A stretch of DNA of 59,135 nucleotides, counting the filler. It is 4 parts of 4 records of this genome, joined end to end, with 100 filler letters (N's around TTAATTAATTAA, not from the genome) between each part and the next. Parts side by side here need not be neighbours in the genome. Positions count along the whole stretch, not along the records: positions 46,485 to 53,336 come from SRR22947725_1333; positions 53,437 to 59,135 come from SRR22947725_1346; 2 more parts are not named here. One strand, given 5' to 3'. The notes under the pieces were generated by a model. The model saw nothing but the letters and a program-made list of their open reading frames with translations. It made no database searches and was not told the origin of the DNA. The stretch's first letter is position 1. Every line of letters begins with the position of its first letter. Position numbers and translations under genes: made by a program. Positions 49,375-57,974 of this stretch are shown piece by piece.

Positions 49375-50289
49375 ATGAAAATTTTCAGAAATAAGTTCAG
49401 TTTGCAATATACTAAAAATTCAATATTAGTTATTGGCAACTTTGATGGATTACATAAAGGACATCTTTCAATTTTAAATGAAGCATTAAAATCTGCTAAA
49501 GTAAAGAAATTAAAAGTTGGTCTATTAACTTTTGAGCCAAGTCCTAAAGAGTTTTTTTTAAAAAAAAAAAATTTTAAAATTATTAATTCTGATGAAAAAG
49601 AAAAAATTTTATCAGATATCAATTTAGACTATGTAATTATTATGAAATTTAATAATCAATTAAGAAATTTAACTCCTGAAGATTTTATTATCAAAATATT
49701 AAAAAGTAAGATTGATCCATTAAGAATAATAGTTGGAAAAGAATTTAGATTTGGAAAAAATAGAGCTGGTAACATAAGTTTATTGAAAAATTACTTTGAT
49801 ACTCAAGTAGCTAAGCAGAAGAAAATAGGAAGAAAAAAAATCTCTTCAACTGAAATTCGAAAGTTAATCGAGATGGGCAAGATTGCTCAAGCAAATATAC
49901 TACTAGGCAGGAATTGGTCTGTGACAGGTGGAGTTATAAGTGGAGATAAACTTGGTCGTAAAATTGGCTTTAGAACAGCGAACATAAACATTGAAAATTG
50001 CATACAGCCATTAAGGGGAGTCTATGCAACTCAAGTATATTATAAAAATAGAACTTACAATGGAATTAGCAACTTTGGTATTGCACCTACATTTGGAAAG
50101 AAAAACAGCAATGTTTTAGAGACACATTTATTTACATCTATTAAAAACCTTTATAAAAAAAATATTAAAGTAGAGTTTTTAAAGTTTTTAAGAAAAGAAA
50201 AAAAATTTAGAACAAAAAAAAATCTTACAGATCAGATAAAAAAAGATATTACAATCGCTAAGAAAGTTTTTAAAAATGTCAGAAATTAA
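49375..50289 (+). CDS. ribF: Bifunctional riboflavin kinase/FAD synthetase
   Basis: GNFDGLHKGH, ISSTEIR, GRKIGFRTAN, ETHLF, LRKEKKF. Confidence 0.96.
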   Translation: MKIFRNKFSLQYTKNSILVIGNFDGLHKGHLSILNEALKSAKVKKLKVGLLTFEPSPKEFFLKKKNFKIINSDEKEKILSDINLDYVIIMKFNNQLRNLTPEDFIIKILKSKIDPLRIIVGKEFRFGKNRAGNISLLKNYFDTQVAKQKKIGRKKISSTEIRKLIEMGKIAQANILLGRNWSVTGGVISGDKLGRKIGFRTANINIENCIQPLRGVYATQVYYKNRTYNGISNFGIAPTFGKKNSNVLETHLFTSIKNLYKKNIKVEFLKFLRKEKKFRTKKNLTDQIKKDITIAKKVFKNVRN

Positions 50290-53032
50290 AGTGAATCTTC
50301 CAAAAACAGATTTTCCAATGAGGGGAAATCTTCCTCAAAAGGAGCCTGAAATTTTAGAATATTGGAATAGTATAAACCTATACAAACAAATTCGAGATAA
50401 AAGAAAAGGAAGAGAAAAATTTATTTTGCATGATGGACCGCCATATGCAAATGGAAATATACATATAGGAACAGCGCTTAATAAAATATTAAAAGATATT
50501 GTTGTGAAATTTAAATCTGTAAATGGTAGAGATTGTCCTTATGTTCCAGGTTGGGATTGCCACGGATTGCCTATAGAGTGGAAAATTGAGGAAGAAAATA
50601 AAAAAAAAGGTAAAGATAAAAAAAATATTTCAATTCTAGATTTCAGAAATCAATGTCGTGAATTTGCTAAAAATTGGATTTCAATACAAAAAAAACAATT
50701 TGAAAGACTGGGCGTTTTAGGTGATTGGGATAATTTTTATGCAACTATGTCAAATGATGCTGAAGCAGAAATTGCAAATGAAATTTTGAAATTTCTCAAA
50801 AATGGTGGACTATATCAAGGTTATAAACCTGTACTATGGTCCGTAGTAGAGTCTACAGCATTAGCTGATGCTGAAGTAGAATATCAAGATCATGTATCAA
50901 ACCAGATTTATGTAAAGTTCGATTTGATGAAAGAATTTAAAGGGTATCAAAATTTATCCGTTCTGATTTGGACAACAACACCATGGACCATTCCATGCAA
51001 TAGAGCTTTAGCCTACAATTCCAAATTAAAGTATGGAATTTACAAAACAAACAATAACGAAAAAATAATTATCGCCAATGAGTTAATTGAAAGTTTTAAG
51101 AAAGTCACAAGTATAAAATTAGAACTACTAGATATTTTTGAAGGAAATGAACTTAATGGTTTAGTTGCATCACATCCTTTCGTAAAACTTGACTATGATA
51201 CTGAAATACCTTTGTTAGAAGCGGACTTTGTTACAACAGAGCAGGGAACCGGTATTGTTCATGTTGCCCCAAGTCACGGCCCTGACGATTTTAATTTAGG
51301 AATTAAAAATAATATCAAAGCTGAAAACACAATAGATGATAGTGGTTATTACACAGATATTATTAAACATTTCAGTGGTACGCATATTTTTAAAGCAGAT
51401 AAGATTATTATCGAGGAACTTACTGCACATAACAAATTAGTTTTTACAGATAAATACAAACATAGCTACCCTCACTCATGGAGATCAAAAGCACCGCTAG
51501 TACATAGGGCAACTCCACAATGGTTTATTTCAATGGATAAAAATCAACTTAGAAAAAAAGCACTAGAAAATATTAATAGTACAGAGTTTTATCCCTCTAT
51601 TGGACAAAATAGAATTCAAGGAATGATCGAAACTAGACCGGATTGGTGCATTTCACGACAAAGATTTTGGGGTGTGCCCCTTCCAATTTTTGTTAATAAA
51701 AAAACCTTGGAACCAATTATTGATGATGAAGTTAATCAAAACATCTATAAAATTTTTCAACAAGAAGGAAGTGATGCCTGGTATAAAAAAGATGTATCTG
51801 ATTTTTTAAGCAATAAGTACAATCCAAAAGATTATAAAAAAATAAATGATATTGTGGAAGTATGGTTTGACTCTGGATGTACACATACTTACGTTTTAGA
51901 AAAGAGAGAAGATTTACAATGGCCAGCTGATATGTATCTTGAAGGATCAGATCAACATCGTGGATGGTTCCACTCGTCACTTTTGCACTCATCTGGAACC
52001 AGAGGGAAAGCTCCATATAAGAGTATTTTAACACATGGTTTTGTTGTAGACGGCAAAGGACAGAAAATGTCTAAATCATTAGGCAACGTAATTTCTCCAG
52101 ATGAAATTATAAAGAGAAACGGTGCAGATATTTTAAGATTATGGGTGGTTGCATCAGATTATTCAGATGATTTAAAAATCGATCAATCAATTATTACTCA
52201 ACATTCAGAATCTTACAGAAAGATAAGAAATACTTTGAGGTTTTTATTAGGAAATACTTTTGATGAATTTTCAATGAGCGATATTGAAAAATTTAATTTT
52301 AATGATTTAGAAATTACAGACTCATATATAGTTGATAAAATCTCCGAACTAGACCTGACATTCAGTAATTATGTTGAAAAGAATGAGTTTCATAAAATAT
52401 ATGTAGAAATATTACAATTTTGTACAATTGATTTATCATCATTTTATTTTGATATTAAAAAAGATTGTTTGTATTGTGATGATATAGCAAGTCTAAAAAG
52501 ACAAAACTGTATCAAAGTATTAAAGTTTTCTTTATATTTCTTATTAAAATGGCTTCATCCTATTCTAGTTTTTACTACGGAAGAAGTATTTCAAATTTTA
52601 AAATCAAATAAAAAAAATAGTGTAGATGATTATGATCAAAGTATATTTTTGACTGATTTTAAAAATATAAAAATTAATCAAAATACATTTGATAAAAAAA
52701 AATGGGAATTTCTAAAAAAAATAAAAAATGAGGTAAATTTTATCATTGAAGATATGCGTAAAGATAAAGTTATAAAATCTAGTTTAGAAACAAAAATAAA
52801 AATTCATTCAATTGAAAAATATAAAAGTCATTTTAGCGATGTAGACTTGAGCGATTTTTTTATTTGCTCTGAAGTAGATCTAAATCTAGATGCTAATAAA
52901 AAAAATAATATTAAATTAAAAAGTTTTGAGGGTATAGAGGTAAATATTGAAAAATCCTCTGGTGAAAAATGTAATCATTGCTGGAAAGTAAAAGAGAGAT
53001 CATGTGGAAGAACCTATTGTGGAATCAAGTAA
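50276..53032 (+). CDS. ileS: Isoleucine--tRNA ligase
   Basis: HDGPPYANGNIHIGT, GWDCHGLP, WTTTPWT, DWCISRQR, EGSDQHRGWF, KMSKS, C-terminal Cys cluster. Confidence 0.98.
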   Translation: MSEIKVNLPKTDFPMRGNLPQKEPEILEYWNSINLYKQIRDKRKGREKFILHDGPPYANGNIHIGTALNKILKDIVVKFKSVNGRDCPYVPGWDCHGLPIEWKIEEENKKKGKDKKNISILDFRNQCREFAKNWISIQKKQFERLGVLGDWDNFYATMSNDAEAEIANEILKFLKNGGLYQGYKPVLWSVVESTALADAEVEYQDHVSNQIYVKFDLMKEFKGYQNLSVLIWTTTPWTIPCNRALAYNSKLKYGIYKTNNNEKIIIANELIESFKKVTSIKLELLDIFEGNELNGLVASHPFVKLDYDTEIPLLEADFVTTEQGTGIVHVAPSHGPDDFNLGIKNNIKAENTIDDSGYYTDIIKHFSGTHIFKADKIIIEELTAHNKLVFTDKYKHSYPHSWRSKAPLVHRATPQWFISMDKNQLRKKALENINSTEFYPSIGQNRIQGMIETRPDWCISRQRFWGVPLPIFVNKKTLEPIIDDEVNQNIYKIFQQEGSDAWYKKDVSDFLSNKYNPKDYKKINDIVEVWFDSGCTHTYVLEKREDLQWPADMYLEGSDQHRGWFHSSLLHSSGTRGKAPYKSILTHGFVVDGKGQKMSKSLGNVISPDEIIKRNGADILRLWVVASDYSDDLKIDQSIITQHSESYRKIRNTLRFLLGNTFDEFSMSDIEKFNFNDLEITDSYIVDKISELDLTFSNYVEKNEFHKIYVEILQFCTIDLSSFYFDIKKDCLYCDDIASLKRQNCIKVLKFSLYFLLKWLHPILVFTTEEVFQILKSNKKNSVDDYDQSIFLTDFKNIKINQNTFDKKKWEFLKKIKNEVNFIIEDMRKDKVIKSSLETKIKIHSIEKYKSHFSDVDLSDFFICSEVDLNLDANKKNNIKLKSFEGIEVNIEKSSGEKCNHCWKVKERSCGRTYCGIK

Positions 53033-53336
53033 AAAAGTCATAACAAGTCTATTTGTAATCTTTTCCTGTTTTTTTTTAGATAGGATATCAAAAATTTATA
53101 TATTAAATTTCTTTACTCAAAATGATTTTACTGATCAATATGTCAATTCTTATTTAAATCTTATACTAATATGGAACAAAGGAGTCGCTTTCGGATTACT
53201 TCAAAGTGAGGATTTTTTTTATAATTTAGTTTCAATTATAATCATCATGGTTATAGCATTTTTGTGCTTCTTAATTTACAAGACAGACAAAAAAACAGAA
53301 ATTATGTGTTACTCATTAGTTGTTGGTGGAGCTCTA
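53004..53336 (+). CDS. lspA: Lipoprotein signal peptidase (3' truncated)
   Basis: LDRISK, WNKGVAFG, GGAL; follows ileS; start is GTG at 53004 or 53019. Confidence 0.92.
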
Positions 53337-53436
53337 NNNNNNNNNNNNNNNNNNNNNNNNNNNNNNNNNNNNNNNNNNNNTTAATTAATTAANNNNNNNN
53401 NNNNNNNNNNNNNNNNNNNNNNNNNNNNNNNNNNNN
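53337..53436. other. Artificial contig linker
   Basis: N44-TTAATTAATTAA-N44. Confidence 0.98.
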
Positions 53437-53462
53437 GCGTCTACCAATTCCGCCATTCGCCC
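53437..53462 (-). tRNA. tRNA-Leu 5' fragment (truncated by contig end)
   Basis: Minus strand GGGCGAA-TG-GCG-GAATTGGTAGA-CGC: acceptor 5' strand and Leu-type D-arm; anticodon not visible. Confidence 0.75.
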
Positions 53463-53476
53463 ACAAAACATGAGGG

Positions 53477-53505
53477 GTTATATATTATTGTTTGAAATTG
53501 TCCAA
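53477..53505 (-). promoter_or_regulatory. Candidate sigma-70 promoter of the tRNA
   Basis: Minus strand TTGGAC-N17-TATAAC followed by a CCCTC discriminator. Confidence 0.45.
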
Positions 53506-53564
53506 TGACAATAATTGTAAAATATATTAATAATCATTTAAATTTAATAATAAATTTTTAAAAA

Positions 53565-53816
53565 ATGATCATTTCTCCTTGTATAAGCATTTGCAAAACA
53601 GACCCAAAAACTGGTTATTGTTATGGCTGTGGTAGAAATAATGATGAAAAAAAAATTTGGAAAACTGTGGAAACAACGGATAAATGGAAAGTGGAAAATT
53701 TAACTATTATTAAAAAAAGACTTTCGGGATGGCAATTAGTAAGTTTTGAGGAGTCTTATAAACATAAATTGGAAAATGGAATTTCACTTTTTAAACAGAA
53801 GCTTCTCAATGAGTAA
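53565..53816 (+). CDS. DUF1289 family Cys-rich small protein
   Basis: SPCISIC...GYCYGCGR...E...W. Confidence 0.85.
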   Translation: MIISPCISICKTDPKTGYCYGCGRNNDEKKIWKTVETTDKWKVENLTIIKKRLSGWQLVSFEESYKHKLENGISLFKQKLLNE

Positions 53817-53979
53817 ATCTACAATAGCAATAACAATTTATGTTATAGGGTTAATTTTTTGTGCACTATTTTTAGATTTATGGAGTGCAGAAACTAGTCC
53901 TAAAGCATTTATAGGAATTATTTGGACAGCGCTTCTTTTAATTGCTCTTTTTTATTGTGAAAAAAATGAAAAAAAATAG
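53809..53979 (+). CDS. Small two-TM membrane protein
   Basis: MSKSTIAITIYVIGLIFCALFLDLWSAETSPKAFIGIIWTALLLIALFY; overlaps both neighbours. Confidence 0.7.
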   Translation: MSKSTIAITIYVIGLIFCALFLDLWSAETSPKAFIGIIWTALLLIALFYCEKNEKK

Positions 53980-54400
53980 ACCCTATTTTTTACATTTTTT
54001 TTTATTCTTAATATTTTTAAGTGTAAATACGCCTTCTTTTTCAGAAATAATGATTTTAAGTAAATGCAAAAGTCTCAAAGATAGTTTTATAAAAAATGAA
54101 TATATAATAGATTTAGAAAAATCATTAATGATTAGAAATTATATTTACGATAATAAAACATATAAGAAATATCGTGTTACTGATTTAAGTATTAAAAAAG
54201 AAAATTCTATAGAAAGATTTATTTATGAAGAAGAAAAATTTATTTTAACTGATAAAATTGGATACCCACAATTCTTTACACAATTAGTTTTTAAAAAAAA
54301 TAGCCCAATTATTAATATTAAAACTGTAATTAATAATGAACCTGCTATTTCTAAATTATCAACTTGTGGCAAAGTTGAGATTTATGAAAGTGAAAGCTAA
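53966..54400 (+). CDS. Secreted hypothetical protein
   Basis: Start MKKNRPYF, signal peptide, two Cys residues. Confidence 0.75.
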   Translation: MKKNRPYFLHFFLFLIFLSVNTPSFSEIMILSKCKSLKDSFIKNEYIIDLEKSLMIRNYIYDNKTYKKYRVTDLSIKKENSIERFIYEEEKFILTDKIGYPQFFTQLVFKKNSPIINIKTVINNEPAISKLSTCGKVEIYESES

Positions 54401-54534
54401 TTTTTTTTATTTTTTTTATCTAGCTTATTTAAAAAAGTAGTTTTTTTTGTTGAAAACTTACTGTTTGTAATGTTGCTTCTATGTCTAGCGTAAGCTTGCT
54501 TCTGAGCTAGTTTCATTGCTTTTTTTGATGACAT
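54397..54534 (-). CDS. Small highly basic protein (45 aa; not in ORF track)
   Basis: MSSKKAMKLAQKQAYARHRSNITNSKFSTKKTTFLNKLDKKNKKN; ATG lies 1 bp after the upstream stop and the ORF fills the whole gap. Confidence 0.6.
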   Translation of the reverse strand: MSSKKAMKLAQKQAYARHRSNITNSKFSTKKTTFLNKLDKKNKKN

Positions 54535-54535
54535 T

Positions 54536-55096
54536 TTAATAACTTATTTTTAATCTTTCAATCACATTATAGTTTTTATCTGAAATTACAATCTCTCCTG
54601 AAGTAGTAGATATGTTTAACATTTCAGAAATTACGACATAATGAGTAATAAGTACTAAATTTTTTTTTCCTTTCCATTTTTTTATATATTCTTTTAATTC
54701 CATAATCTGTTGATCTTTATTTTTTGAGAATCTTTCTTCATAAAAAGAATTTAAAAAACTTTTAGTTTTATAATTATCTGCAAACACTATAGATGCTGTT
54801 TCTTTGCATCTGCACCATTCACTGCTAACAACATGGTCAACTTGCACATTACTTGTTTTAAAAAAAAATTTAATTTTTTGAGCTTGATCCCTACCCCTTT
54901 GATTTAAGTTTCTTTGTGTTGCACAATTTTTAATATTAAAATTGCTTGGATCTCCAGATCCAGGTGCATAAGCATGTCTAATAAAGATTAACTTTTTACC
55001 CTGTTCTAGAGAGGTCTTTATATTTTCACTTGAATTTACTTTTATTGGAGTTTGTAACAATATAAATATGAGGAATAGAAATTTTACAATTTTCAT
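54536..55096 (-). CDS. Histidine phosphatase family protein (exported)
   Basis: FIRHAYAPG, QRNL, SSEWCRC.ETA, LITH; signal peptide. Confidence 0.88.
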   Translation of the reverse strand: MKIVKFLFLIFILLQTPIKVNSSENIKTSLEQGKKLIFIRHAYAPGSGDPSNFNIKNCATQRNLNQRGRDQAQKIKFFFKTSNVQVDHVVSSEWCRCKETASIVFADNYKTKSFLNSFYEERFSKNKDQQIMELKEYIKKWKGKKNLVLITHYVVISEMLNISTTSGEIVISDKNYNVIERLKISY

Positions 55097-55098
55097 AA

Positions 55099-55779
55099 AT
55101 GAACATTAAATTTGAAAAACTAAATAATTCAATAATTAAATGTAAGAAATGTCCAAGACTCGTACGTTTTAGTAAAAAAATTTCTAAAGAAAAAAGAAAA
55201 AAAAATTTTGACGAAACTTATTGGGGAAAACCAGTAACTGGTTTTGGTGATTTTAAAGCTAAAATAATGATCATTGGTCTTGCTCCAGCTGCACATGGAG
55301 GGACAAGAACTGGTAGAGCTTTTACAGGGGATAAGTCTGGTGATTTTTTATTTAGGTGTCTAAAGGATGTAAAAATATCTAATAAAGAAACTTCAACACA
55401 TGTGGGTGATGGTTTAAAGCTTTATAAAACATACATAACAAACATATTGAAGTGTGTTCCACCTGGAGACAAACCACTAAACGAGGAGTTAAATAATTGT
55501 GCAAATTTTTTTGATAAAGAAATTTCAAACTTAAAGTATTTAAAGGTTATTGTGACATTAGGAAAAGTTGCATTTGATAATTGTATAAAATTTTATAAAA
55601 AAAATTATTTATTTGAATATAAATTCAAATTTAAACATGGTGTAAAATATCATTTACCAGATGGCAAAATACTTATTCCTAGTTACCATCCTAGTCCAAG
55701 AAATGTAAATACCAAAGTTATTAACCATAAAATGATGAAGAATTTATTAAATTCTGCAAAAAAAATATCTAGAGTTTAA
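55099..55779 (+). CDS. Uracil-DNA glycosylase, family 5 (Fe-S)
   Basis: CKKCPRL, GLAPAAHGGTRTGRAFTGD, KCVPPGDKP, SYHPSPRN. Confidence 0.92.
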   Translation: MNIKFEKLNNSIIKCKKCPRLVRFSKKISKEKRKKNFDETYWGKPVTGFGDFKAKIMIIGLAPAAHGGTRTGRAFTGDKSGDFLFRCLKDVKISNKETSTHVGDGLKLYKTYITNILKCVPPGDKPLNEELNNCANFFDKEISNLKYLKVIVTLGKVAFDNCIKFYKKNYLFEYKFKFKHGVKYHLPDGKILIPSYHPSPRNVNTKVINHKMMKNLLNSAKKISRV

Positions 55780-56191
55780 TGCTATCACAAAAATAAGGTT
55801 TAAAATCTTTGAACAAAGTTTCAGGAATTTTAATCGGTTTTCCCTCTTGATTTATAAAGACTAGATGTACTTGCGCTTCTACTATTGTCTCACCTCCTTT
55901 TGTTATGAATTGATTCATGAAAAAAGATGTTTTTGTAATAGACTTAACAAAAGATCTAATGTTAAGCTCATCTTCTAAATGAGCTGACTTTTTATATTCA
56001 ATATTACAAGATTTAACTATTATCAAAGCACCAAACTCGTCTTTAATTTTTTTGTTACTAAAACCTATACTAACTAATGCTTCAGTTCTGGCTCTTTCTA
56101 AAAATTTTAAATAATTTGCATAATAGACAACTCCGCCTGAGTCTGTGTCTTCATAATAGACTTTAACTGTATGATTAAAATTTTCATGCAT
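55769..56191 (-). CDS. ybgC: YbgC/FadM-family acyl-CoA thioesterase
   Basis: VYYEDTDSGGVVYYANYLKFLERARTE. Confidence 0.88.
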   Translation of the reverse strand: MHENFNHTVKVYYEDTDSGGVVYYANYLKFLERARTEALVSIGFSNKKIKDEFGALIIVKSCNIEYKKSAHLEDELNIRSFVKSITKTSFFMNQFITKGGETIVEAQVHLVFINQEGKPIKIPETLFKDFKPYFCDSIKL

Positions 56192-56235
56192 AATTAAAAA
56201 TAAAATTAATTATAAACTAAGCTATATTAATTCAA

Positions 56236-56370
56236 ATGAAAATTTATATTATTTGGTTAATTGGAGTTATTGCTTGGAATTTTGGTGTTCCAGGTGCTTC
56301 ACCAATTGAAGATGTTAGCGTTGCTATTCTCTTGTCTCTTTTAAGTATGGGGCTTAAAAAATATCTATAG
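56236..56370 (+). CDS. Small two-TM membrane protein (44 aa; not in ORF track)
   Basis: MKIYIIWLIGVIAWNFGVPGASPIEDVSVAILLSLLSMGLKKYL; helix-turn(P-x-x-x-P-x-E-D)-helix pattern filling the gap. Confidence 0.65.
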   Translation: MKIYIIWLIGVIAWNFGVPGASPIEDVSVAILLSLLSMGLKKYL

Positions 56371-56378
56371 TTTTTAAG

Positions 56379-57023
56379 TTATTCAGAAGAAAAATAAATA
56401 TTTTGATAATATGATATTGCTTTTAACTTAGAATTATCTGTATCGGTCATAATTGCTACACCAGTTAGCATTTTTACATCTATATTATGTAATATCATAA
56501 AATCATCTTTAACATTTCTTTTAACTGTTACCCATTTATTAAGTTTTTCTTTTGTTGTAGAGAGAACGTAATCTATTGATTTTTTTGTATATGGGCTTGG
56601 CCAACTATCATCAATGTTATTGTTGCTAGAAAAAACATAGTTAATTGCTCTATTTGATAGTGCTGTAGAACCAGTTTTTTTTATTACAAAAACTCTTGCT
56701 GCATAATCGTGCCCCTTTTTACTATTCTCTATAATCCCTGATAAATCTTTTTCTACTTTCCAAGTTATGTTGATAAATGGAGTTTTTGTAAGATCTATTT
56801 TTATTTCCTTACCAAGACCAGAACCTTTTCCTTCAGCTTCTGCCTTTATATAGTTACCTTTTTCATTAGAACCTAGTATCCATTTAGTTTCTCCTTTAAC
56901 TTTCTTAACTTCTAATGTTTTAAGTTCATCTTGAGTAAATTCAAAAATATTAATTTTTTCTGCTAATGTAGATTGAGTGAATAAAGATGTAGCCAATATT
57001 GTTATAAAAAAAAACTTTATCAT
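56379..57023 (-). CDS. DUF3047 family exported protein
   Basis: TPFINITWKV, KGHDYAARVFV, INYVFSS, WVTVKRNV, AIMTDTDN. Confidence 0.88.
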   Translation of the reverse strand: MIKFFFITILATSLFTQSTLAEKINIFEFTQDELKTLEVKKVKGETKWILGSNEKGNYIKAEAEGKGSGLGKEIKIDLTKTPFINITWKVEKDLSGIIENSKKGHDYAARVFVIKKTGSTALSNRAINYVFSSNNNIDDSWPSPYTKKSIDYVLSTTKEKLNKWVTVKRNVKDDFMILHNIDVKMLTGVAIMTDTDNSKLKAISYYQNIYFSSE

Positions 57024-57108
57024 GACTTAATGATATATCCTCTATTTTATAAAAAACAATATTTGAACATACTTTAGTCATTCAAAGCTCAAGATTGATC
57101 TCTAAATA

Positions 57109-57234
57109 ATGAATATGAAATCAATTTCTATTTTTATCCTTTTGATATATTGGTCAATTATAATCTTTGCCCCTGTGATTACTAAAGAAAACAGACTGTT
57201 TAAAGAAGAGTTTAAAATTACACTTAATAAGTAG
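57109..57234 (+). CDS. Possible small single-TM protein (41 aa)
   Basis: MNMKSISIFILLIYWSIIIFAPVITKENRLFKEEFKITLNK; overlaps the 3' end of the SDR gene. Confidence 0.35.
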   Translation: MNMKSISIFILLIYWSIIIFAPVITKENRLFKEEFKITLNK

Positions 57235-57970
57235 ATCTTCCACCACTAATATCAAATACCGCTGCAGTAGAAAAAGAATTTTCTTCAGATGAAAGCCAAC
57301 AAATTAAAGATGTAAATTCTTCTATTTCTAAAAATCTCCCCCTAGGCACCTTAGAAAGCATTCTTGCTACATGCTCTTTTGACATTTGGTCTAAAATTCT
57401 TGTCTTAGCACCTGCTGGAGTAACCGCATTAACAGCTATATTTTTGTCAGCTAACTCTTTACCTAACGACTTAGTTAATCCTATGGCTCCTGCCTTCGCT
57501 GAACTATAAGCACTTGCATTAGCATTACCGTCTTTACCTGCGACTGAAGCAACGTTAACTATCCGTCCATAATTATTTTTTATCATATAGGGGACTACAG
57601 TCTTGCAACAATTGAAAGTACCCATTAAATTTATTTCAATTATTTTTTTCCATTCATCCACATCATAGTCCCACAAAGTTGAGGTAGAGCCAGTAATTCC
57701 AGCATTATTAATCAAAATATCTATATTGGAAGATTTAGCTATTTGATCTACTGTTTTATTTACTTCATTAAAATTAGATACATCAACAACATTATATTTA
57801 AGATTGGGGTTATTTATTTCTTTTGAGGCTTTAATTAATTCTTTTTCATCTATGTCCCATATAATTGCTTTAGCTCCTGAATCTAAAAATCTTTTTGCAA
57901 TATCAAGTCCAAAGCCCTGAGCACCACCAGTTATAATTGCTGTTTTGTTTTTTAAATCAAATTTATGCAT
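57224..57970 (-). CDS. Short-chain dehydrogenase/reductase
   Basis: TGGAQGFG, NNAG, ASVAG, YSSAK, FDISGGR. Confidence 0.93.
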   Translation of the reverse strand: MHKFDLKNKTAIITGGAQGFGLDIAKRFLDSGAKAIIWDIDEKELIKASKEINNPNLKYNVVDVSNFNEVNKTVDQIAKSSNIDILINNAGITGSTSTLWDYDVDEWKKIIEINLMGTFNCCKTVVPYMIKNNYGRIVNVASVAGKDGNANASAYSSAKAGAIGLTKSLGKELADKNIAVNAVTPAGAKTRILDQMSKEHVARMLSKVPRGRFLEIEEFTSLICWLSSEENSFSTAAVFDISGGRSTY

Positions 57971-57974
57971 AAAT

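Noticed and set aside
50440-50480. HIGT instead of HIGH in IleRS
   Set aside because: A common natural variant of the motif; not evidence of inactivation.
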